Positions 46,721-55,360 are shown, counted from the stretch's first letter. The stretch is DNA of 64,000 bases from Syntrophomonas sp. DTU019 (GCA_913757435.1 CAJYDM010000007.1:10647-74646); one strand, 5' to 3'. Translations and numbers: made by a program. The notes: generated by a model not told the origin, from the letters alone.

Positions 46721-46992
46721 GTTTCTGCACAAGGGTCGATATTATTATTTAACACAGGTGGCACTCTTCCTTTCACATAACACTGACTAAGAGATGCCTG
46801 TTGCAGTCTTTGCACCTTTGACCTTAAGGAGCAACCGCTGCTGTTCACACTAAGACAGGTGTGGGGCTGATTCGCCACCGTGCCGGCGAGGGTACTGGTC
46901 ATCTATTGTAATGACTGTAATTTTACGATATAAGAAACAAGGTGTGACGGGAAAGCCCAGCAGGGATCGATAGGGAGGAGGAGGGCTTGGGA

Positions 46993-47454
46993 ATGCGGCC
47001 CAGTGTTTTATTGGTAAGTATAATGCTGTTTGTGATGCTCATTGCCGGATGCAGGCAGGCCCCCACTCCGGGAGCGGCCCTGCAGATACAGGACACTGTG
47101 ACCAGCATAGGCGGACTGGACAGTCAGGGCTTGCGGCAGTCCTATTCTTATGAGATAACCGTCAAGAATACCGGTTCTAACTCGGTGTATATACAGTCGT
47201 TGCACCCGGTGCTGGAACCTAGCGTGGCTAATTATGTGCTCACCCCCGACCTGGAACTTGAGGTGGGGCGCACCGTACCGGCCGGGGAATCATGCTGCAT
47301 CAGCGGCAGTTTCGTATTCGACGGCAGCCAATTGAGCAAGAGCCAGATCATATCCTTAGGCCCGTTTTTCAAATCGGTGCGCATCACTACCTCCCAGAAC
47401 GTACCCCTGCCCAACTTCCTTCCGGAAGCCAGGGTGCAGAGCGGCAGCACCTGA
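46993..47454 (+). CDS. Hypothetical lipoprotein
   Basis: ATG at 46993 after GGAGGAGGAGG. Signal peptide with lipobox LIAGC. Confidence 0.6.
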   Translation: MRPSVLLVSIMLFVMLIAGCRQAPTPGAALQIQDTVTSIGGLDSQGLRQSYSYEITVKNTGSNSVYIQSLHPVLEPSVANYVLTPDLELEVGRTVPAGESCCISGSFVFDGSQLSKSQIISLGPFFKSVRITTSQNVPLPNFLPEARVQSGST

Positions 47455-47617
47455 GGTTAATAGAATAGTGCCGGGAGCACGGCGAGCAAAAAAATTATCT
47501 AAACAGGTTGGTGACAGTTGTGGAAACCACAATCGTACCCAATTACATTTAGGTGATAAACGCAAACCACCCTTTGTCACCATTACACTTAATTTAATTC
47601 CAATGGAGGATTAATTC

Positions 47618-48355
47618 ATGGCCCGATTCACCATAGCTCATCTATATCCTGACCTGATGAACCTTTACGGTGATCGGGGCAACTTGGTTTGCCTGCAGAA
47701 GCGCCTGCAGTGGCGCGGCCACGAGTGTCACATATACAGTGTGGGCATCGGCCAGAACATAGATTTTGGCGCCATCGACATGGTGTTTATGGGGGGCGGT
47801 TCTGATCGCGAACAAGGCCTGGTTTATGGGGATTTGATCAAGCGGGCGGATGCTTTTCGGCAGGCCATCGAAGCCGACCTGCCGGTGTTGTGCATCTGCG
47901 GGGCTTACCAACTGCTGGGAGAGTCTTACATCGCCGCAGACGGGCAGAGACTGCAGGGGTTGGGCTTTTTCAACATCGTCACCCGGGTCGCGCAGCCCCG
48001 CCTCATCGGCAACATTCTTCTGGAGACCGATTTAGTGGGGCAGAAGACCACGGTAGTAGGATTTGAGAACCACGGCGGGCGGACTTTTCTTAATGATCAG
48101 CGCCTTAAGCCTTTTGGCAGGGTGGTCAAAGGGCACGGCAACAACGGGCAAGACGGATTCGAGGGCATGAAATACCGCAACCTGGTGGGCACCTATTTGC
48201 ACGGTCCCCTGCTGCCGAAAAATCCGAGTGTGGCGGATTTCTTCATCAAAGCCATGGCTGCCCGCCGCGGCATGAGTTCGACCATAACCCCACTTTACGA
48301 CACTATCGAAACCTTCGCTCACCAGCAGGTCAAATATAAAATCCTCAATTCGTAA
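47618..48355 (+). CDS. gatD: Lipid II isoglutaminyl synthase glutaminase subunit GatD
   Basis: CobQ-type GATase with the nucleophile context LCICGAYQLLG and the YLHGPLLPKNP motif. Confidence 0.85.
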   Translation: MARFTIAHLYPDLMNLYGDRGNLVCLQKRLQWRGHECHIYSVGIGQNIDFGAIDMVFMGGGSDREQGLVYGDLIKRADAFRQAIEADLPVLCICGAYQLLGESYIAADGQRLQGLGFFNIVTRVAQPRLIGNILLETDLVGQKTTVVGFENHGGRTFLNDQRLKPFGRVVKGHGNNGQDGFEGMKYRNLVGTYLHGPLLPKNPSVADFFIKAMAARRGMSSTITPLYDTIETFAHQQVKYKILNS

Positions 48356-48369
48356 GTAAGGCAAGGCAA

Positions 48370-50021
48370 GGCATGGGGACGGCAGACCGTGTGAGAACTT
48401 TCGATGAGATCCCAAAACTACGTGATAGGTTTTACTGGTCATTTAGTATTACTAGTGATATTTTGATAAAAAACAGGCTGGTGCAGTTTATGCTGAGGCC
48501 AGCCTTTTTACTATTTCTTCAACTCCCAGAATATTGATTACTCTTCGCATGTTGTAGGCCAACATATGTAACTTGTTTTCCGTATTTACAGACACTAATC
48601 CCCTGGTTAAAAAGTAACTATAACCCAAGCCCCTTTTTACGGTTCCATATGGGTGTTCTACGATCATTTGCCTTTGTACATACAGTTTTCGATTTTCCTT
48701 GGTCCGGCGGTCTATTTCATCCAGTAATGGCTGGGCTAGGTTGCGGCTAATTGTTCGGCCCTTCTGGGCTTTGGTGCATTGATCCTTTAAGGGGCAGCCC
48801 TTACAGGCCCGGTAGTTTTTGTAGGTTCGATATTTTACTCCGTTGACTTCTCTTATTCTGCCTGGATAGAGAATCTCTTTTGCGGGGCATAGGTAAACGT
48901 CTTGCTCTTGGTCATATTGGAATTTGTCAGCTTGAAAGTCGGTGTTGGCTATATTACCGGTAAATCTCTGCTTGGCTACATAGGTCTCTATGTGGTTTTT
49001 CTCGCATTCGATTAGATCATTGGTTGAGTAGTATCCTTTATCGGCCAATACTTTAATTTGGTCTACTTCCAATACTTCTTTGGCCTGCTTAGCCATATTG
49101 CTTAGCTGCCCTTGGTCAGCTGGATTGTTTATGACTTCACTGTCTACCACTAGCTTATGCTTTTGGTCTACCGCCGTTTGTACATTGTAGCTGACTTCTA
49201 CTCCGTTATTATTAACAGCCATTAGCCGAGCATCTGGATCAGTGGTCGATACTTCTGTAGCCCCGGTTTGCTCCATATGCTGTTTCATGGCGGTATATTT
49301 ACCTTTACGGCTTTCTAGTTCTTCTATGCGCCTCTGGATCTCTTCAGCACTGGGGATATGGATATCGGCTTCGTCCTGGTCGTTGCTATCTAATTCATTA
49401 AAGTAGCCGTTAATTTTTTCGTCAATATATTTTAAGTGTCTTTGTAACTTCTTTTGGTTGTAATTATTGCGCTTGGAATTGCTGGCTCGGAACTTGGAAC
49501 CATCGATAGCTATGACCTCTTTGCCATACAAGTCCCAGTCTTTGCATAACAGGGTGAACTGTTTGAAGACTCCTTTTAGGGCTTTGGGGTTATCTTTCCT
49601 AAAATCAGCTATTGTCTTAAAGTCGGGTTTTAGCTTCCGTAATAACCATAACAACTCAAGATTCCGACCGGCTTCGGTCTCTAGCCTCCGAGATGATCTA
49701 ACCCGATTTAGATAACCATACAAGTAGAGCTTTAACAAGTCCCTAGGATCATATGGAGGTCTACCAGTATTTTTCGGCTCCGCTTTTTGGAACCCGAGGT
49801 CCTTCATGTCCAACGAATTAACGAATGCTTCAATTACCCTAACTGGATTATCAGTTGATATATAGTCATCGACCGCTTCAGGAAAAAGGGTGATCTGCAT
49901 GCGGTCTTCGCCCTTAATGTAGGCCATTATTCCACCTCGCTATCACCCTATCATTCGACTTTTATATGTTTTTTTCCTTTTTCTGCGGACTAGTTTTCAC
50001 ACAGTCTGCCGTCCCCATGCC
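48370..50021 (-). mobile_element. IS1182-family insertion sequence, maximal extent
   Basis: There is a single transposase ORF. The 29-bp terminal inverted repeats 48370-48398 and 49993-50021 match at 27 of 29 positions. The interior is visibly more AT-rich than the flanks. The true ends may instead be ~48389/50004 if the outer 18 bp belong to a host hairpin. Confidence 0.8.
48488..49927 (-). CDS. IS1182-family transposase
   Basis: 479 aa. The N-terminus MAYIKGEDRMQITLFPE...NPVRVIEAFV...GRPPYDPRDLLKLYLYGYLNRVRSSRRLE is typical of IS1182/IS5-like DDE transposases. Confidence 0.9.
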   Translation of the reverse strand: MAYIKGEDRMQITLFPEAVDDYISTDNPVRVIEAFVNSLDMKDLGFQKAEPKNTGRPPYDPRDLLKLYLYGYLNRVRSSRRLETEAGRNLELLWLLRKLKPDFKTIADFRKDNPKALKGVFKQFTLLCKDWDLYGKEVIAIDGSKFRASNSKRNNYNQKKLQRHLKYIDEKINGYFNELDSNDQDEADIHIPSAEEIQRRIEELESRKGKYTAMKQHMEQTGATEVSTTDPDARLMAVNNNGVEVSYNVQTAVDQKHKLVVDSEVINNPADQGQLSNMAKQAKEVLEVDQIKVLADKGYYSTNDLIECEKNHIETYVAKQRFTGNIANTDFQADKFQYDQEQDVYLCPAKEILYPGRIREVNGVKYRTYKNYRACKGCPLKDQCTKAQKGRTISRNLAQPLLDEIDRRTKENRKLYVQRQMIVEHPYGTVKRGLGYSYFLTRGLVSVNTENKLHMLAYNMRRVINILGVEEIVKRLASA

Positions 50022-50042
50022 TTTTCAACTCTCTGGTATATT

Positions 50043-51110
50043 ATGTATGCGGCAGGGGATACTACCACTTACAGACTATATCAGAGGGGAGTCTTTGTCA
50101 TAGCACAGCAAACCGCCTTAAAATCGGCACCTTTTCCAGCTGAACTCATATTAAATCGACTCCGCCAGGTGACCACCACTGGCAATTCTCGTATAGACGC
50201 AGTCATGGATTACCTTTTGCAGGGCAGCGGCAAAATGCTGCGCCCGCGCCTGGTCTACCACACCGCGGAGCTGAATCCACACGACCCCATCGTAGTGAGG
50301 GATGTTGCCACCGCAGTGGAACTGATCCATCTAGCCTCCCTGGTGCACGACGATGTTATCGACAACTCCCAGCTGCGGCGCGGGCGGGACAGCTTGAACG
50401 CTCATTTTGGCAACCAGATCAGCGTTTTGGCCGGCGACTACCTGTTTGCAGCCGCTTTCAATCTCATCAACCGCCATCAGCAAACCCAGGTCATGGACAA
50501 CATCACCCATACCATTCAGGTGATGTGCTCCGGAGAGATCATCCAACTGGGGCAGGCGTATAATGTAAATGTTAGTCTGGATGAGTACTACGATAAGACT
50601 TACCGCAAGACCGCGTGTCTGTTTGCCTCTAGCTGCAAAATCGGAGCTTTGGTCAGCGAAGCCTCTCCGGATCAAGTGAAGCATCTGGACCAGTTTGGAC
50701 TGTGTCTGGGCTACGCCTACCAGATAATCGACGATGTCATGGACCTGGTGGCTGACAGCCAGAGTCTGGGCAAGCCGGTGGGCAATGATATTACTCAGGG
50801 AAACATCACTCTGCCGGTCATCCTGGCCTTATCCAACAGCGTCGCTGGGGTCCGCCTGCGCGGTCTGTTGGAGCGGCGCAACAGCATTCCCGCCAGCCTG
50901 GGAGAGATCATAAATATTATTACCGAGAGCGGTTCGATAGGGTTGGCCATAGAACATGCCGCGGCATTTCTGGACCGTGGCCTGGAACATCTAAAAGAAT
51001 TGCCTCCCGGCGAGAGCCTGGAAGCGCTGAAAAGCACCTGCATGGGATTTATACATGCCTACAGCCCGGTTTTGGGACGCTTCTATCCAATAATGGAAAG
51101 GCAGGCCTGA
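50043..51110 (+). CDS. trans-Polyprenyl diphosphate synthase (HepT-like long-chain)
   Basis: First and second Asp-rich motifs LVHDDVIDNSQLRRG and QIIDDVMDL. The start is uncertain because no SD precedes ATG 50043. Confidence 0.8.
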   Translation: MYAAGDTTTYRLYQRGVFVIAQQTALKSAPFPAELILNRLRQVTTTGNSRIDAVMDYLLQGSGKMLRPRLVYHTAELNPHDPIVVRDVATAVELIHLASLVHDDVIDNSQLRRGRDSLNAHFGNQISVLAGDYLFAAAFNLINRHQQTQVMDNITHTIQVMCSGEIIQLGQAYNVNVSLDEYYDKTYRKTACLFASSCKIGALVSEASPDQVKHLDQFGLCLGYAYQIIDDVMDLVADSQSLGKPVGNDITQGNITLPVILALSNSVAGVRLRGLLERRNSIPASLGEIINIITESGSIGLAIEHAAAFLDRGLEHLKELPPGESLEALKSTCMGFIHAYSPVLGRFYPIMERQA

Positions 51111-51209
51111 ACATGAGCACTAAAACAACCCCAAATCAACCGCCCGCCGCCCCGGCGCAAACCTGCCCCAGGCCAGTCCTCCTGCTCGCTGCATCACATT
51201 CTGGTCATT

Positions 51210-52208
51210 TTGCCAAAGGTGCAGCGCCTCCTGGCCGAATGGAAGGCTGAGGCGAAGCTTTGTCCTGACCCGGTGCTTCGCCAGATGGCCCTGGCCAGTC
51301 TCGAGCACAAAGCTTTTCATTGCCAGGGCGGAGCGGTTTTTGCCAGCTTGTCAGCGCCTTACCAAAAGAATCTGCTGCGCATCATCATAGCCTATCAGAC
51401 CCTTTGTGATTACCTGGATAACCTATGCGACCGGGCCGGCAGCACCGATGGCCAGGCCTTCCGCCACCTGCACAACAGTCTCCTGAGTGCCCTCACTCCG
51501 GGCACTGCCTGCGAGGACTATTACCTGTACTATCCTTATAAAGAGGACGGCGGGTATATCAGAAAACTGGTGGCAGAATGCCAGACGCAGATCGAAACCC
51601 TCCCCAACTACTGGAAAGTTCAACAGCGGCTGTGGAAATTGGCCAACTGGTACAGTGAATTGCAGGTGCGTAAGCATCTTGACCCGCAAATCCGCGAAAA
51701 TGAACTGATAAGCTGGGCCAGCCAGCAAGCCGTCCGCTATCCCGGGGTGCGCTGGCAGGAATTCGCCGCCGCCACCGGCTCCACCCTGGGTATATTCGCC
51801 TTGCTAGGTCTGGCTTGCCGGGAGGAATTGGACGATGCCAGCATGCACCGCACCTGGCAGGCCTATTTCCCCTGGATTTCCGGTCTGCACATACTCCTGG
51901 ACTATTTGATCGACCGCGAGGAGGACCGGCAGGGTGGCGATCTTAATTTCACCTTCTACTACCGCGATCAGTCTGACATGATCGAGCGTCTGAAATTCTT
52001 CATTTGCCAGTCTCACGACAGCGCTGCCAGCATGTCCAACCCGGCTTTCCACACTACTGTGGTGGAGGGACTGTTGGGGCTGTATTTGAGCGATGCTAAA
52101 GTAGAGGCCCAGGGCTACGAGCAACTGGCCCAGACCCTTTTAAACTGCTCCGGACAGCGAGCCGCGGGCACCCGCCGCATCTGCCGCATGGTCCGCAAAG
52201 TACTCTAA
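51210..52208 (+). CDS. DUF2600-family protein (YtpB-like tetraprenyl-beta-curcumene synthase)
   Basis: ...CPDPVLRQMALASLEHKAFHCQGGAVFA..., YLDNLCD and DYLIDREED motifs are typical of DUF2600. The 5' end is unresolved (see findings). Confidence 0.65.
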   Translation: MPKVQRLLAEWKAEAKLCPDPVLRQMALASLEHKAFHCQGGAVFASLSAPYQKNLLRIIIAYQTLCDYLDNLCDRAGSTDGQAFRHLHNSLLSALTPGTACEDYYLYYPYKEDGGYIRKLVAECQTQIETLPNYWKVQQRLWKLANWYSELQVRKHLDPQIRENELISWASQQAVRYPGVRWQEFAAATGSTLGIFALLGLACREELDDASMHRTWQAYFPWISGLHILLDYLIDREEDRQGGDLNFTFYYRDQSDMIERLKFFICQSHDSAASMSNPAFHTTVVEGLLGLYLSDAKVEAQGYEQLAQTLLNCSGQRAAGTRRICRMVRKVL

Positions 52209-52797
52209 CGTTGCCTTTATCCCACTTTGCAAAGGGCCAACACAGGCCAACACAGGCCAAAACAGGGACGGTTCTGGCGTTTGGTTGTGGCGTAGGCAGT
52301 ATTTTTCCCAGCTGAACTTACCATCAAGATTCTCCCCACCCGGGGCCTCTATCGGTCTAAGCAAAACACCGCCACTGCCCCGGTTTGCGGCAACATCCTC
52401 ACATGCCCGTTTACACTTCTCATAGCAGATAGGCTGGGATATAATATTGGCAGTACAGGTTCTTTTAGCCAGCTGGGAGTAAGTGAAACGGTGCCGACAA
52501 TCACGCCAATACCCACAGGAAGGGGAGTCAGACTATTTGAAAACCATTTAGGGGTTATCAGCTGCCCCGCCTATGGTTGATTTTCAACTACTAATTTGGT
52601 GTGAAGGCTGTTATTTTATCCGTATTGTCGCCGCCCCATTCTCACTGTGAAGATGCAGAATATGACAGACTAAGCACTACATAGATGTATGGGGTACACA
52701 TGATCGGTTCAAGTGTATTGGACAAGTGTATTGGAAAGGAAGCGAAAGAATGTCCCCTTGCTTCCCTCTGGCGTAAGCGATAGAAAGGAGATTTACA

Positions 52798-53553
52798 ATG
52801 GCAGACATCATCGATTATCTAATTTTCGGAGACGACATGCAATTGGTGGAAATCGAACTGGACCCGCAGGAAGGGGTGCGCGCCGAGGCTGGCGCTATGA
52901 CTTACATGGATTCCGGAGTGCAGATGCAGACCGGCACTGGAGGTGGCATGTTCCAGGGCTTCAAACGTATGCTCACCGGGGAGAGCTTTTTCATCACCAC
53001 CTTCCTCAACTCTGCCAACCGCAAGCAGAGGGTGGCCTTCGGAGCCCCTTATCCGGGCAAGATCATCCCTATCGACCTGAGCCAGCACAACGGACGTTTC
53101 ATGTGCCAAAAAGACTCTTTCCTCTGCGCCGCCCGGGGTATTGAAATCGAAGTGGCCTTCACCAAGAAAATCGGGGCCGGCCTGTTCGGCGGGGAAGGGT
53201 TTATACTGCAAAGGCTCAGAGGCGATGGCCTGGCCTTCGTGCATGCTGGCGGAACCTTGATCGAGAAACGCTTGCAGCCCGGCGAAAAGCTTAAAATCGA
53301 CACCGGCTGTTTGGCGGCCTTTGAAGAGACAGTTGACTATGACATAGAATTTGTGGGCGGCTTCAAAAATGCTCTGTTCGGCGGGGAAGGTCTTTTCATG
53401 GCAACCGTCACCGGACCTGGGCTGGTATATTTGCAGAGCCTGCCCCTGTCCCGCCTGGCAGACCGCATCGTGGCTGCTTCCAGAGTGGGAGGCTCACGCG
53501 AGGAGAACCGCGGCCTGGGCGGCATCCTCGGCAATATGATTTCCGGCGACTAA
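52798..53553 (+). CDS. TIGR00266/AIM24-family protein
   Basis: Good SD. MADIIDYLIFGDDMQLVEIELDPQEGVRAEAGAMTYM... and GGEGFILQRLRGDGLAFVHAGG are typical of the family. Confidence 0.8.
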   Translation: MADIIDYLIFGDDMQLVEIELDPQEGVRAEAGAMTYMDSGVQMQTGTGGGMFQGFKRMLTGESFFITTFLNSANRKQRVAFGAPYPGKIIPIDLSQHNGRFMCQKDSFLCAARGIEIEVAFTKKIGAGLFGGEGFILQRLRGDGLAFVHAGGTLIEKRLQPGEKLKIDTGCLAAFEETVDYDIEFVGGFKNALFGGEGLFMATVTGPGLVYLQSLPLSRLADRIVAASRVGGSREENRGLGGILGNMISGD

Positions 53554-53571
53554 TAGAATAATATATGAAGT

Positions 53572-53706
53572 GGGAGAACGTTCTTTTTCTTCCGGGGAAC
53601 CGGGAAGCAGGAGAACGTTTTTTTCATTTCGGGAAAGCCGCGAAGCAGGAGCAGGTTCTTTCTTTTTAGGGAAAGCCGCGAAGCAGGAGCACGTTTTTTT
53701 ATTTCC
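53572..53706. repeat. ~37-38-bp tandem units, three copies plus a partial copy, each ending in a T-run
   Basis: GGGAAAGCCGCGAAGCAGGAGCACGTTTTTTT-type units lie between convergent genes. Confidence 0.75.
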
Positions 53707-53713
53707 GATGTCT

Positions 53714-54373
53714 CTATTGCAGGAAATTGCTGACTGCGTTCGTCAAATCACCATAACCAGGTGGGGATATGTGCAGGCCGTCAGGTCGGAAGTATTCCTC
53801 CTTTAATAAAGGCCGGTCGGGGTGGGAGAGAACTTGCCCCAGATTAAGATAGGGTACTTGCTCGGCCCGGGCAAGTTCCTCTATGAACTGATTCAACTTT
53901 CGCACCGCAGCGTTGATCTCATCCGGAGGCAGGGTAGAGTAGTTGCCCCCCACCGGCAGCACCGAGCATAGGACCGGCTCAATGTCAGACTTTAATGCCC
54001 ATTTCGTCATTATAGCAATATTCCGGGCAGTCTTTTGCAGTTGGGCCTCCAATCCCTGGGGATCAGCTCGATAGGCTGTCTGGATGTCATTGATACCTCC
54101 CAGGATAAACACCTTGTCAGGCCTGGCCTGAAAAACATCAGTTTCGAATCTTGCCATCATATCAGAGGTAGTCTCGCCATCCACGCCGCGCTTTATGACT
54201 CGGTACACCCCGATAGTATCCGGCAGATCCCAGTGATTGGTGATGGAATCCCCAATGAACACCACCGTGTGGTCCTGCGTCGGCTTGAGCACAAAATTGC
54301 CGTGGTATACATATCCTAACCATAGTCCTAAAAAGGCCAGAGTTGCCAACAACGCATAGCGAGCGGTTCTCAA
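53714..54373 (-). CDS. SGNH/GDSL-family hydrolase (membrane-anchored or secreted)
   Basis: TTG start after GAAGGTG. N-terminal TM segment, VVFIGDSITNHW block I, GINDI block III, and DGLH near the C-terminus. Confidence 0.8.
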   Translation of the reverse strand: MRTARYALLATLAFLGLWLGYVYHGNFVLKPTQDHTVVFIGDSITNHWDLPDTIGVYRVIKRGVDGETTSDMMARFETDVFQARPDKVFILGGINDIQTAYRADPQGLEAQLQKTARNIAIMTKWALKSDIEPVLCSVLPVGGNYSTLPPDEINAAVRKLNQFIEELARAEQVPYLNLGQVLSHPDRPLLKEEYFRPDGLHISPPGYGDLTNAVSNFLQ

Positions 54374-54526
54374 ATCGTCTGCACCTTCTGTTCATGTGGA
54401 TAGTCTGCTATTGAAGAACTGGATGAGGACCCAGTATTATTACAGCCAGTATCAGCTTCTCCAATTTATACGGATGGGAAACCGGGAAATAAAAACGGAG
54501 CCCAGAGAATAATTCCCTGGCCGGAA

Positions 54527-54870
54527 GGGGGACATATCAGCTGGAGATAGGCGGTGAAGGGGGCCGGGGGCACGGGAACGGACACGGGACTGGCACTTGT
54601 GCCCGCAGGGGGACACCTCAGATCGAGCGGAAGCAGGGAAAGGGAGCAGACACGAGAAGGGCACTTCTGCTCGCAGGGGGACATATCGGCTGGAGATAGG
54701 CGTGAAGGGGGACCGTGGCACGGGAACGGACACGGGACTGAAACTTCTGCCCGCAGGGGGACTGTTCAGCTGGAGATAGGCGTGAAGGGGCGAGGGGCGC
54801 CGCGGGCACGGTCATGGGGATGGCACCTCTGCCCGCAGGGGACACCTCAAAGCGAGCGGAAGCGGCGACA
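54527..54870. repeat. G-rich composite tandem repeat
   Basis: A-units of ~80-83 bp (GGGGACATATCAGCTGGAGATAGGCGTGAAGGGGG...GCCCGCAG) lie at ~54528, 54675 and 54755. B-units (GGGGACACCTCAGATCGAGCGGAAGC...) lie at ~54609 and 54838. Confidence 0.8.
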
Positions 54871-55129
54871 ATTCACAAAGGGGTCAATCAAAAGTTATGC
54901 GCACGAAGAAGGCGCGAAGTTTAGGTCTTTTACTGCTTCTTTGGATGGAAAACCGGGGGGAACAGAAAAGGGCGCCAGGTAAGGAAGCACAAAGAACCCC
55001 CGGTTTCCCTGTTTGCCAAGAAAAGGCTACCGGCGTACTGCCCATAGCCCTATCTTGTCAATTACCTTATCCAATGAGCGGCTCAAACGTGCCGGATACC
55101 TTTGTTTGGCGGAATTACTCCGCTAATAA

Positions 55130-55344
55130 GTGTAACTTTGGAACCGCCGTATACCGATCGGTACGTACGGCGGTGTGGGAGGTCGGTCACTCAAATAATG
55201 GGCAGCCTCCTACCCGATCGGAAGCGGGGGGAGCAGGGTTAAACCTCTCCCTGCTCCCCCTGATACCTCTGTCTGCTGTATTGTTACCCGGGTAGGTAAG
55301 GTGTAAACTTGAACCGCCATATTTCGAACGGTACGCATGGCGCC
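55130..55344. repeat. Two ~45-bp hairpin repeats bracketing a 12-bp GC stem-loop
   Basis: The 55130-55175 and 55301-55344 copies share GTGTAA-CTT-GAACCGCC-TAT---GA-CGGTACG-A-GGCG. The central stem GGGGGGAGCAGGG/CCCTGCTCCCCC lies at 55226-55260. Confidence 0.7.
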
Positions 55345-55360
55345 AAAACCATTTCCGTGT

